From Neoechinorhynchus agilis (Eukaryota > Animalia > Acanthocephala): a stretch of DNA of 64,000 bases. Location of the stretch: assembly GCA_051530055.1 (NCBI GenBank), contig CM121341.1:5682784-5746783 (forward strand), written 5' to 3'. This document shows, in pieces, positions 37,158 through 48,895 of the stretch. The number at the start of each line of letters is the position of its first letter. Position 1 is the first letter of the stretch. The notes under the pieces were generated by a model. The model saw nothing but the letters and a program-made list of their open reading frames with translations, ran no database searches and was not told where the DNA came from. The position numbers were made by a program, and so were the translations under genes.

Positions 37158-37990
37158 ATGGACATCCCCTCAGACCGGATTTGTCCACTCGAACGGACAT
37201 TCCCAGACCGGATTTGCCCACTCGAACGGACATCCCCCGACCGGATATTCCAATCCTTCAAAGATCTTCTGGATGAGGTGTCTCAGGTCCGGCTGGTAGC
37301 CTGTTCCATGAAGGAGTCGGGGGCGTGGCTGAATGCTCTCCCTGTAGGTAAACTTGGAAATCTCCTTGCTGACTCAGCCGTCAGGATCGCAGTATCCTTG
37401 AGATTAGGCCTTGCCGCTGCGGCACTATAGTGGACTCTTCGGGGAGACACGGTCTCATATGCAAGAAGTCAGCGATTTCCAAGGCATGCTGAAATCAGTG
37501 CCATTCTGAGTAGGACCCTAAAGACGCTTTCCCTTCCAAACATTCTAGAACCCACTAATCTTTGTAGATTAGATGGAAGACGCCCTGTGATCGTCTTCCT
37601 TGGCGGGAGGGAAGATGTTTGTCGTGGGATGCAACGCGTGAGGACACGTTGGCAAACTCCAACATCAGCCACTCGAAAAAGGTCCAGGAGGAGGAGCGGC
37701 GACGGCGCTGGAGGAGCGGAAATGCTCAAAATACAGGGAGCTAATCAGAAACTACCATTTTGTCCCCTTCTATGTGGAAACGTACCTTGGGAGGGTCGGC
37801 ACTGGCCCTCCTCGTGAAGGACATGGGGAAACGAATCAACGCGGCGACTGGAGAGCCAAGATCGACTTCGTTCTTGGCGCAACTCAAATAACGAATATAG
37901 ACCACAATGGAAAAAATTGGATCTTGTATGAGTCTCAAGCAACCTGACTCCATAAACACAGTTTCTTGATACCTTGAAACAATCGAAAAA
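37158..37990 (+). mobile_element. Degenerate CRE-clade non-LTR fragment (Zn-knuckle/RLE region) preceded by a short LINE-3'UTR-like tandem
   Basis: SGAWLNALPVGKLGNLLADSAVRIAVSLRLGL, RH.EI, LEPTNLCRLDGRRP and FCPLLCG parallel 56130-57031. 37158-37250 is a tandem of about 33 bp resembling the 1204-family 3' UTR. Confidence 0.75.
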
Positions 37991-38324
37991 ACATACAATC
38001 TTAAATATAGAACAACAAAACGATTAGAAGAATCCTCGTAGGCGCCTGATCGTCAGTTTGCTTGTAATCGCATGTTTATTTTCCCAAAAACCTAAACAAT
38101 AACTCTAGTGTCAATTACTCGAGTCCTCTAACAATAGAGAAACCTTTCCGAATGAAAGTGAACGAGTAAAACAAAGGTTTCAGTGCTTAAAGAAACAAAA
38201 TCTGGGTCATTTAATGGTTAAAGATTTTCTTTCAATCTACATAAGTAAACAACGACGAAATTCGACTTTTGAGCCAGACCAATAAATTATCAGTGGACAA
38301 AATCAACAATAGTATTTCAAAGAT

Positions 38325-39316
38325 TCAGTCCTTTTTAGTAAACTTTATAGCTCCACCAAACGACTCACTCTGATGGAAATGTTCCACAAAAACCATTTCC
38401 TGTGCATCCATCCCGTCGCCTTCCATCCCGTTTTCTCTGTTAGATGGACACATCAACTGGTAGACCTGATGCATCTCATGCATTTTCATATCGTTGAACA
38501 TGTAGATGAATTGTCGTACCTTTTCACTTTTTCTGACAAAGTTCAAGATTTGTTTCTCTTGAAAAAGGACACTTAGCCGTAAATTGCAAACCGGGCTTCA
38601 ACCTACTGTTTTTTCTCGATTTCGTTCCCATGTCCGTTCGCGTAAAATTGTGGATATACAAACTATCACCACTGATGGTCATGGAGTCCAATTGCGATTG
38701 ATCGAGATGTGCTGCGTTGTGAATCACACAGTTTTTCGCCAAACTGTTTCTTCGAACATTTCTCTCCAAGACAAGAAAAGCAGAACGAGATTTCTCTACA
38801 ATATTCATCGATGGTCGAATTGTTGTTAATAATGGAATAGACAAATGCCCTAAATATACGGTCATCAAAGAATAACGAAAAAAAAGACCTATTCTAACCA
38901 CACGAAGAATTCAGTTCAATGATAGGGCCTTCGGTTTGGATCATTTTCGCTACGTTTCTGGTGATTTCTTCGATAAACAACGACGATACAGGTAGAGAGA
39001 CCGTCGGAGTCACTTTTATCAGATATCCGTTTATTTGGTCGTCCATTGTTTCGCTTGTACTTTTCAAATGGCGATATATATCCGAACCGTAAGCGTCGAG
39101 AATTCTCAAATATGCACAACTGATTTCTGTTTCCTTGCATATATTCGTCAGCCGATCTTCCAATAATTGTAATAAATCGTTCGTTTCTTCGCTAATGAAA
39201 CCGGCAACGAATACCGAACAAATGAGACCAAATTCTGCACAGTTCGTTCTGTACAATAGAAGCGATTCAACTTTGATACCAGGGAAGTTCGAAATAAGAA
39301 TCTCAGTAGTGAACAA
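38325..39316 (-). CDS. Multi-exon gene of unknown function
   Basis: Three ORF-track frames join through in-phase GT-AG introns (gttaga...tttag; gtaggt...ttcaag) into one protein of about 300 aa. Start and 3' end uncertain. Confidence 0.6.
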
Positions 39317-39636
39317 TCGCTTCGTAACGTCAGAAGCCTTTAAGTAAACGTTTTCCGATACGTGTTTTATAAAAGTTTCCTTTTCATCATAAGTGATTTT
39401 AGACGGTTACCGTTGTAAAACCGCTTATTTTTCCGAAACCTGCGAAAACAAAGAGATTCAATGTCGAATATCGCGGTTGCTTCGATAAATTTGACACCGG
39501 CTAATCAAATTGCTTCTACCTTTTTGTATAGGAAATTCATTTAAAATGAAGGGAAAATCATCGGCATCGAAAAATGTTTTTGCTTCTTTAGATTGTAATC
39601 CGCCGGAACGGATAATTGCGATCGACAGAATGCACC

Positions 39637-39915
39637 GAATGCATTGATTTTGAACAACTCGGGACCCGTTTCAGGTTGAATAGAGGACAAAAAGAAGAGA
39701 ACCGTTCCGGCGGATTGCGATCTACGGAAAAGAGTGCGATCGCCCGAATGCAATTGATTTTGAACAACTCGGGACCCGTTTCAGGTTGAATAGAGGACAA
39801 AAAGAAGAGAACCGTTCCGGCGGATTGCGATCTACGGAAGAGAGTGCGATCGTCCGAATGCATTCGATTTTGAACTCGGGACCCGTTTCAGGTTGAATAG
39901 AGGACAAAAAGAAGA
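39637..39915. repeat. Tandem array, about 109-bp unit x about 2.7
   Basis: cgaatgca...ctcgggacccgtttcaggttgaatagaggacaaaaagaagaga repeated three times. Confidence 0.9.
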
Positions 39916-40792
39916 GAATAATGTATTGGTGAAATTAAAAATGGTCTATTGAACACTGACCTGGTCGTTCTCGATAGAATTTGCTTGGATGATGATAGGA
40001 AATCGCTTGATTTATTTCTAAGGTGCATCCATTGCTTTGTGTTCCTTTTGGCGCTGTCTTGAAATGAGAAAAAAATAAAGTGGATATGAGGCAAAACGGT
40101 AGACTTACAAAGACTAGCGATCGATCTACAAAGGATCCAAGTCGATTAATTTTGTTTCTAAGATTAAGATTGATATGAGGATTGACGAGAAGACTGTTGC
40201 AGATATCCTTTATCCATCGATCAATTACCGGAACGATAGATCCATGGAGCATTTTGTGAGCAACTTAATTAGTCTTTCAATTGAATCTCTCGTTTTTTCG
40301 CTAGGTTTCTGTCGGGCCTTACATAAACGCAGCTTCGGGAATAAAATCAATAATTGCGAAATCGTTTCCTTGAATTCAACAATAAGCTTGATCGAAATCG
40401 TCATTGGTTTAAATTAGTCTGAATATAAGAGCGAACTTCAGCCGTCCTGAACGTTTTGTTTGTAATTTTTATCTAAATACTAGCGAACGAGCCGAATAAG
40501 ATTTATTTTTTGCTTATTGGAGACTTTGGGAAGGTGATTATTGTTTTTTGACGACCTCAAGTCTTTGGCGGTCTATGCGCTTGAGAAACCCGAATCTAAA
40601 ATACCTTTTAAAAATCAACTTGTAAAAAGATCAAGTGATTATTTTCAACAATAAATCTACCCACCAAATTGGTTTTTCGGTTATCCGGAAAAAATCTTTT
40701 ATCCGAATAACGTCCGGAGTGTATCTAGAATTAAAGTATCATGGCCTATACGTTTTAGATTCGATAGACAAAGATCTTTATTGAGATATTGT

Positions 40793-41378
40793 TTAAAGTT
40801 GTGTTTTATCGTTAGAAAGGCCAATAGTTCGCCTTAATCTTAGACATAAACACCAGCAAAGAAGGATGATATTCAGTGAGCACAATACCAACACGACTGC
40901 AATGAATATCAGGACCAGTTGCTTATACCAAGGCGATTGTTCTACTTTAATACCCGCTGAATCCGTAAATATTCCAGTGTTCTCGGGTTCTGAACCTAGA
41001 AATGGATTTATTTCGTCCGGAGTTTGTGTCGTTGCGTCTATCGTAGAAATCTTAGATGTACTCTTATTTCCAATGTTGAAAGGAATTCTTGTTAATGTTT
41101 TGACCGTCGTAGATGATGGACCAGGCGTTATAGTCTTTATAATTCGACTTCCTATTCAATCATGTGAGTTTTTGTCTCAATAGAATAAAAACAATACCAT
41201 CTTCTATCGTTACATCATGTCTCATAGCATTTGTAGATCTCAAGTTGATAAAAGATGAGTTTCCAATTGTCTCTCCTAAGTTGAGAGAAAAAGAGGACTC
41301 ATCGAAGGTCTACAAAAACTTACCGAATGAAAGTGAAACGACAAGTACGACAATGTTGTACCTCAACTTCAGATCCAT
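40793..41378 (-). CDS. Small type-I membrane protein (signal peptide, Ser/Thr-rich ectodomain, TM), 3 exons
   Basis: MDLKLRYNIVVLVVSLSFG | ETIGNSSFINLRST... | SRIIKTITPGPSSTTVKTLT...WYKQLVLIFIAVVLVLCSLNIILLCWCLCLRLRR, with two phase-1 GT-AG introns. Confidence 0.7.
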
Positions 41379-41756
41379 TTGCTTAGCAAGAAAATGTAAG
41401 TGGCAAGTTGTATTTATAGCACCGTGTTTTGCAATGTTTAACAAACAATCCATTATATTTCTTCCCATGACCGATCCGATCCACTTACTTCCGCACGCCA
41501 TGACCATTTGTTAGCAAAAACGGTAGTTTTAAACGAACCATAATTGGAATTTTATGCTCAATTTTTACCAAAAATGACTTTAAAATGCTTCAATCTACAC
41601 GGTTGAGCAAATGTTGCCGCTTTGGATCATTTGTAGACTTCCCGTCTCTTCCTTCTTTATATGAGTGACTTTTTTGAAATGCATTATGCCATTTTAGGCA
41701 CATCACTGAAGGATGCGATCTTTGAAACAGGATTATCTCAATGGTATCAATTGAAA

Positions 41757-41885
41757 GAAATTACCATTTTGTCCCCTTCTGTGTGGAAACGTACCTTGGG
41801 AGGGTCGGCACTGGCCCTCCTCGTGAAGGACTTTGTTGAAACGAATCAACGCAGCGACTGGAGAGCCAAAATCGACTTCGTTCAT
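41757..41885 (+). mobile_element. Short CRE-clade fragment
   Basis: Nearly identical to about 37750-37880 (ccattttgtccccttct...ggagagcc). Confidence 0.7.
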
Positions 41886-42060
41886 GGCGCAAAAAATAAG
41901 CATTGCGGTGCAGCGGGACGCTAGCATTTTGGCCAGCGCCGATGAATAGGAGCGTTGAAGAAACTATAAATTATGTATGCTTAACAAAATTCTCTATTAT
42001 AAATCATATCGAGAGAAAATCCATATCGGAATGGTTAGTTTTTCACTTGTGTGTGTGGTG

Positions 42061-43030
42061 AGTGAAGAATAGTCGCCTCTGTTAGAAATCATTGTTCGCG
42101 AAATATTTCGAAAGAGAGGAAACTTCGTCTCATCTGGATCATTGCTTCGCAAGTGGACGTTGAGGTGACAAACTTGAGAAACAATGACCCGGACGACGCG
42201 AAGTTTCCTCTTTTTCGAAATATTTCGCGAACCATAAACTGATTTGTATCCGGAATGACGACGACGCGATATAATAGAGAGAAATTTTAACTTGTGTGGT
42301 GAATATACTCGCCCGGTCAGAAATCATCTTATTCTAATGAAATATTTCTAAAGAGAGGAAACCTCGCCTCATCCGGGTCATTGTTTATAATAATAACACT
42401 TTTGTTGAAAATACAAAGAAAGGTTTAGGAGGACCCATTTGCCCGTTTGGGTCCTCATCCGTTAATGTGGGAATATGCAGTCGAGGGAGGTTCGTTCGGA
42501 TGGGAATATCTGGTCGGAGGGATGTCTATTCGGGTAGGAACTATTCAGTCGAGGGATGTTCGTTCGGGTGAGGATGTGTCCGTTCGATTGAGAATATCCG
42601 GTTGTGTTGGAAGGTCCGTTCTGGTGGGCGAATTGGAGTTTATTGCTTCCGGTAGCGCTTGTAAGGTTGGTCTTTACCTCAGAATCATTTCAAGTTCTGA
42701 TATCCGAGAGACGATTGGGCGATGTGGAAAAAGGAGCGGAGGTATAGGAAGGTGCGAGGGAGAATGAAACGAATTGGGAAACATTTCAAGACCACGGATT
42801 TGAGATTTGGAAAGGTTGCAAAAGACGGGATAACCGTAGGAGAGGGAGCGTAAAATAAAGCAGAAGCAAAATTTGTAGAGATCTGGTGGTCCCATTTTTC
42901 GCAGGTTTTTAAATATTGAAGCTCTGTTTAAAAACTTAGAAGCAATGATTGATAAGCCGAGGTTTCCTCTCTTTCGAAAAATTTCGCGAATAATAAATTG
43001 ATTTCTAACAGAGGCGAGTATTCTTCACTT
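42061..43030. mobile_element. TIR element (MITE family shared with 16010) carrying a nested LINE 3' fragment at about 42410-42900
   Basis: agtgaagaat..tcgcctctgttagaaatca...cgcgaaat.tttcgaaagagaggaaac at 42061 has an inverted partner ending about 43030. The internal segment starts ggacccatttgcccgtttgggtcc, as at 1204 and 28623. Confidence 0.7.
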
Positions 43031-43364
43031 ATAAGCGAAAGTTAAGAAACTCTTTTTAGCAGTGAGAATTCGCATCGATTTTCGACTTTTATATCGCGAA
43101 ACACTTAAAGAACCTTGTTATAAAAGCATGTACAAGATTGTGCCTTGCAGAAAACAACTGGAATCAATATATTCCTCTTAATTTTTACACGCCATATAAA
43201 AACATCAGAACAAATCAGTCTTCAAACAAATTCTCGGTTGTTTACAAGTTTAATAGTAATCAAATTGTTTTCCGAAGTTTTCATAGACTAACGAGCGTGT
43301 CTTTGGGTGATATAAACGAGACGAAGGTCTTCTAGGTGTATACACATCAACGCGAACATCTTAA

Positions 43365-43662
43365 ATGAATCTTCAAATCTCACGGAATTTCCTCGTGATT
43401 GTCTTGCTAGCACTAGGTTTGAATTTGAATTTTCTTTAGAACAAAAAAAATGAAACCAGCACATTGAATAGGCAGCAGCAGTTTTACGGAAAGTGACATC
43501 GGAACACCGAGCTCAACGCCCTCTGTGAATCCTACAATTTCCACAAGTGCACCAAGTCCCCAAAACGGAGGAACGAACTGGATGGCAATAGGCATCGGAA
43601 TAGCCGCTGCCATTGTCGCTTTCATTATTCTACTAATTCTCTTCTGTCGTTGCATGAAGTGA
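43365..43662 (+). CDS. Small type-I membrane protein (signal peptide, mucin-like stalk, TM), 2 exons
   Basis: MNLQISRNFLVIVLLALG | SSSFTESDIGTPSSTPSVNPTISTSAPSPQNGGTNWMAIGIGIAAAIVAFIILLILFCRCMK, with one phase-1 GT-AG intron. Confidence 0.7.
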
Positions 43663-44288
43663 GCGCAAACGTCGAGAATTTGAATAAATTTGCTTTTTCA
43701 AAACCATTTCCCAGTGACTGAGATTCATTTAACCTAATTTAATTACCATCTCACATTTGTTCGATTTTTTCGAGCTTAAAACAAGCGTTTTAAGTGCATT
43801 TTTAGTTACTCAAAAAGAATTTGATCGAGTTTTTTTGGGGGACCATTAAATTTCCTAGTCGAGAGTAATGCGATGTGCCAATTTCATCAAAATATCCAAG
43901 TCGTTAATATAGGATGGTCTTTATAGCTTCCATGATTGTGGTAAATAGACGACGCATAGTTATAAAAATAGCGCAAACATAGAATGTTCGCGATTTCTTT
44001 GGGTTTTCCTTTCGGACTCGATATTTCCGCTATAAAAAAGAACCGAATATGTGGTCAAGTTCAATTCATTTTTCCTTTGGTGTTGTCATTGATCCGTGTT
44101 TTTTTTTCGGAAAAAACCATGGATGTCTTTGAAACTTCGTTTTTTTGTTTCCTTAAATCTACGCCGAATTTCTTTGTTAGTAACTACGAAAGGTTACCAC
44201 CACCACCACCACCACCAGCTTCGACACGAAGAAACGTTTCCGTATTTGCGTAGGAAACACAGATTCTGTCTCTTATTTCTCTGTGATA

Positions 44289-46370
44289 ATGAACATCAAT
44301 GGGAACGCATCGAGCGAACATCAAGGATCGTCAGAGAAAAGATTTAGTAAATCGATGGATGATACTCTTAATGTATGGGATTCTGCAATCAGATCAGGAG
44401 ACGCTAATATGGTTTCTAAGCTCATAAAGGGCGACGATGCCATAAATACAAATGAGTCCGTAATTTTCCATAGTCCATTAGGTCTTGCGGCTCAAATGGG
44501 AAACGCAGAAATCGTCCAATTAATATTAGCAGTATGTTTTGTTAACGTTCTAATTATTTTTTGCTATTTTTTTCGGATAACGTAAAGTGTGAGAAATGGG
44601 AAATAAAGGTCCAGGATTGTTCGAAAGGGTATATCGTCGATCGACCCTGGATAAGTAAATGAACGGTACTTCAACGACGAGACCGCTTTACATTGTGCTG
44701 TTAGAGGTGGAAATTTTGATGCCTGCAAAGCAATTCTCGATGCAGGTCAGATGCTTTACATTGAACACTTCAAGGTTTTGGTTTAGGAGCCAAAGTAAAT
44801 CATGGTGATGGAAATCGAGTAAGACCAATACATTTAGCCGCATCATCGGGTCGTCGTGATCTTATTGAACTATTGATAAATTACGGATCATATGTGAACG
44901 CTAAGGACGGGTAAATTCAAACCTGAATCATTTCGCTCTCCTTTTCTCGAATAGAAGCCGTAGCACACCTCTCCATCATGCAATCCTCAATGAACACATT
45001 GACGTGGCACGTTGGCTCGTATCAGTTGGCGCAAATGTCAATCATCAAGATGAGAATGGAAATACGCCTCTTATCCAAATAGTGTACATGGAAAGTGATC
45101 TTAATGGTCCAATTTCTCTCTCATGGTAGCTCTAATAAGAGATTAATTGGACCAATGAGTTTTGTCGGTTTTTACTCAAAAATGGAGCTAATCCAAATAT
45201 CTGCAATAATATGGGTACGCTCACTGTGTTATTTTGTGGTGTGAGAACCATTTTCTCTTCCATTAGTTTGATTATCTCAACGATATCATTCGCATAGGCA
45301 GAACACCATTGTCGATAGCTGTCTACCACAATTACAGCAACACGTTGATCGATATACTACTCGAATACAAAGCAGATGTATTGATTATCGATGTTACCAA
45401 TGATCGATATTCACTTCTGCACTATGCATGTCTTCACGGAAACACATCGCTCGTTCGTAAACTTCTCTTACATGGATGCCCTGTCAACCAAAAATCACTG
45501 TTTGGTGAAACGCCCGTTCATTTAGCTGTATCTCGGGGTTTCATCGATATAGTCCGAATTCTTATGACTTACGGTAATAATCAAATAACAATACTGCATA
45601 TACACTTCTCAATAGGATGTTCCGTGACTGATTGTGTGAAGAACACTTTCAATGATGTTTCCATCATCCATGCAGCCATTACAGCCAATTGCACTTTTGA
45701 AATCTTCAAACAAATGACAGATTTACTCATTGAGCAGGGTGCAAAACTTACAAACTTCGAAGGAATGCATTGCTCGAATGATGGAAGATGCAGATCACTC
45801 GTTATGAGTGCCCTTTTAACACACCGAGAAGACCGTGCCAAATATCTCATCCAGCTAGGAGCTCCCATCCATGATCCTGGAGATATAAGCAGTAATGTTT
45901 GGAGATATGGTGAGTGCAGGTTTGAAATTAAAGCCTTTAGCCAATTATTTCTATCCGTTAATTTTGATTGTACTTGTTATGTCTTTGGGAGATTTTTGGC
46001 CAATCTCAAACGACCAATCGAGCGCATTTTGAACACCCGACGAATCTAATTTTTTCCTTTGATTTGCTTAGCCTTTGCAACCAACCAAAAGGACATTATG
46101 GATCTCTGCTTCAAATGCGGTCTTAAACTTGAAGACGAACCGTGGATACTACATCTTCTGTTTCATATGGATGAATTTGAGATGACCGAGATGAACCAAG
46201 AAAGTTTTAGTCGATTTGTGCTTTACTATGCACGACCTCGACCATTGAAAGACATTTGTCGATTGAAACTGAGAAAACGAGTTCTATTGTCCACTTCTAG
46301 ATTGTATAAGACTTTAAGAGATTTCCGCCTTGGAGAACTCTTAATTGCTTATACGTTATTGAAGTACTAA
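44289..46370 (+). CDS. Ankyrin-repeat and SOCS-box protein (ASB-like), about 9 exons
   Basis: Multiple ankyrin repeats (ETALHCAVRGG, RPIHLAASSG, TPLHHAILNEH, GETPVHLAVSRG) and a C-terminal SOCS box PRPLKDICRLKLRKRV...LLIAYT. Confidence 0.85.
44609..44654 (+). other. Candidate non-canonical GT...AA intron (46 nt), hairpin-closed
   Basis: gtccagg / cctggat stem followed by aa. The join gives EIK|VNERYFNDETALH. A weak canonical alternative exists. Confidence 0.45.
45107..45157 (+). other. Inferred non-canonical GT...TG intron (51 nt) with terminal inverted repeat
   Basis: Contains in-frame stops. ggtccaatt / aattggacc inverted repeat flanked by an aat direct repeat. The join restores an ankyrin repeat, SDLN-E-FCRFLLKNGANPN. 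Confidence 0.7.
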
Positions 46371-46902
46371 GCCAAAATAAAAACAGTAGCCTAGGAACAA
46401 AACTTAGTTTCTTTTAAAGTGTGTATGGGCGCGGATCAAGCAACACATAAACTTCTCCATCGAGTTGAGAATACAATTCACAAATTAATCACATCAAATA
46501 TTAACCATTTCCAATACAGCATCCTTTTGATTTCTTTTTTTTTGTTTCCAATCGACTACTAAAAACGCGTTATTTTAAAGAAATCACAGAGTCCACTTTT
46601 TTTGATAGAAAAAATTCCAATTATAATTTTCATGCATTCATTGATGGGAAAATCGCAAAAAAAGGTATGTAGCGTTTTTCAAACCCCTAAAGGAATTATT
46701 ATGGTTAGAAGTCTACACCGCGGGTTAAATGATTATTTCGATCTTTGAAGTGACAAACTTGCGAAACAAACTGAGATGATGAACCTAAGGTGAGATGGTA
46801 CCTCCTCGTCAATTATTAGAACCACCAATGGTAAGCGTTTACGATTGAAATCTACACGCCGTCGCAATAGAGATCACAACAACTTTTAAAAAGAGAGAAA
46901 TA

Positions 46903-47205
46903 TCACTTCAATCGTGTGCATTTTGGGCAACTTTCAATGGATCGCAATTGTTGTTGTTGTTGATGATGGTTTAAGGTCCCCGTGACTGCATCATAGACCA
47001 TCCAAATGAAGATTCCGATTCCTAAGACATCAAACATGATTCCAACCAAAGTGATCCGTACAATGCCACATATCATTCCGGTCAAAGTGAGCAATAATCC
47101 TGCACTTGATAGGAGTGCCGATAAATGAGGAACTAGAGAAGATAAGTCCGCATTCGGAAAAGTGATTAGACCTTGAGGAGCCGAACTTCCAAAGCGAAAT
47201 GGCAT
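46903..47205 (-). CDS. Small two-TM protein of unknown function
   Basis: Hydrophobic ALLSSAGLLLTLTGMICGIV and TLVGIMFDVLGIGIFIWMVY segments followed by poly-Q. Confidence 0.45.
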   Translation of the reverse strand: MPFRFGSSAPQGLITFPNADLSSLVPHLSALLSSAGLLLTLTGMICGIVRITLVGIMFDVLGIGIFIWMVYDAVTGTLNHHQQQQQLRSIESCPKCTRLK

Positions 47206-47654
47206 TTTTAACAAAGAATCCGCACACCAACTCGTTTTTTTAATCAAGTCCACACAAAAAAAATTCATTTTGAAACTTGCTTTGACATTAATGAGTTTAA
47301 TGTGTTCGAGAGAAAGTTGACGAAACCGTGAGTTTCCAATAGTTTTTTTTTGAAGAACTCACTTGCAAACACGGAAATTGGAACCTTTAATATTCTGCTA
47401 GAATGTTCTGAAGGAGTATCTCTTCTGAATCATAATTTCAGCCTTCTAATCAGATTTCATGCTTCTCCGGACGAAATGATAAATTGGTTTAGATGCAAAT
47501 AGAAATGGTAATGTAATTTTGTCATCGAACAACTATGCAGAAACTCATTGATGTCATTATGATTGAGAAGATCGACCACCATAAAGATCAAATATGGCAC
47601 GAATGCTTTCGACCATCACAAATTCAGCCATGTAAAATAGACAAACCACATACC

Positions 47655-48275
47655 TTATTTTATGAGGCTAAATTTAGCACCAGTTAATCCTACATTCTTA
47701 TCATCACACCATTCTCGTGGAAATAGTTTAAGGTCTTCAATAAGACCACGTCGAAGAACTTTTACTTTTAGCATTGAATCTTTTGCCGTTCTAAACATAT
47801 TAACGGCATCTACAAGACTATTAAAGGTGCTCGCGTTAAGACTTTCGCCCAACTCAACGATTTTGTCGCCTAAACGAAGACCAGCTTCATCGGCTGGCGA
47901 CGAAGGACGGACGTCGTCAACAATAAGAAATGGTTTCGGTCGAGGAACGCTTGTAATTTCCGAATTCGATGATTTTAACAAAGAAAAATATCGATGCATC
48001 CTAGTCTCCAGCTGATTCATAAGTTCCTGGTGATCATTTCGGAGTCGGGCAATCGCATTTCGGGCTGTCCGAACAGCTACAATGTCCATACCTTGTTTGG
48101 GATACCCTTCTTCGTCTACAAGTGACGTTGTATCGTCTGTGCCGTTATCGGCTAATATTTGAAAGTTTGATTTAATTGAAAGTTCAATGGTTTCCTTTTT
48201 GAAATCAAGAGCTTTAATTTCAGATAGAAGAGATTCCATTTCGCTAGTCAAAGTAGGCGGCGGTTGTGATGACAT
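47655..48275 (-). CDS. PSMD9: 26S proteasome assembly chaperone p27/Nas2 (PDZ)
   Basis: SLVDEEGYP..DIVAVRTARNAIARLRNDH, then a PDZ domain with V.PSSPADEAGLRLGDKIVE and LFPREW. Confidence 0.92.
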   Translation of the reverse strand: MSSQPPPTLTSEMESLLSEIKALDFKKETIELSIKSNFQILADNGTDDTTSLVDEEGYPKQGMDIVAVRTARNAIARLRNDHQELMNQLETRMHRYFSLLKSSNSEITSVPRPKPFLIVDDVRPSSPADEAGLRLGDKIVELGESLNASTFNSLVDAVNMFRTAKDSMLKVKVLRRGLIEDLKLFPREWCDDKNVGLTGAKFSLIK

Positions 48276-48529
48276 CTTAAAATCTGAAATGTAACTCAGA
48301 AAAAATTCTTAAATTCATCTTTATCGACGAAAATTCTTTTAAGCTCTTTTTTCGTTTCCGTGGCAAAAACCATAACAAACCTCTCTCGTTTTCTCTCAGT
48401 CGGCCTAATCCGTAGTAACTTGGCGTAAATAACATTATTGTTCGTCGTCGTCTATGTGAGTGCACACAAAGGATTCCTTTCACCTAACCTCCTAGTTTCT
48501 ACGAACTCCTTTCCAAAAAAAGGCGACAA

Positions 48530-48712
48530 ATGCTATCCAACATCGTCTACTGTCTTCTGGCCATCTTGATGCCTCCGCTGGCATTATATCTAGACAGAGA
48601 ATCCTGCGATAAACATGTAGTTATCAATATTCTTCTTACCATTCTCGGATTCGTCCCTGGTGTGATTCACGCAATCTTCATGATTTGTTGTTGTGCTCCC
48701 TATGATGAGTAG
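48530..48712 (+). CDS. Pmp3/YqaE (UPF0057) small membrane protein
   Basis: LLAILMPPLALYL...INILLTILGFVPGVIHAIF family signature. Confidence 0.9.
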   Translation: MLSNIVYCLLAILMPPLALYLDRESCDKHVVINILLTILGFVPGVIHAIFMICCCAPYDE

Positions 48713-48895
48713 AATCGAACAAAATAAATTTAGTTGTCTTTAGCTGCTTGAACCAGATGATTCATCCAGAAAATGACAACGATTTCAAATTGTTTTCTAG
48801 GCTAAAGTCCTTAGAACAGTAGTGAGCACAATCTCGTGTTTTTTTTGTTAAATTCTCTGACACAATACAAACATTTGCGCGCTGGTGAATGGTGA

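Noticed and set aside
38290-38343. Another stem-closed non-AG intron after GGAIK (ggactgaatc / gattttgtcc)
   Set aside because: The stem is imperfect, the ORF may simply stop at KKD, and there is no protein homology to fix a junction.
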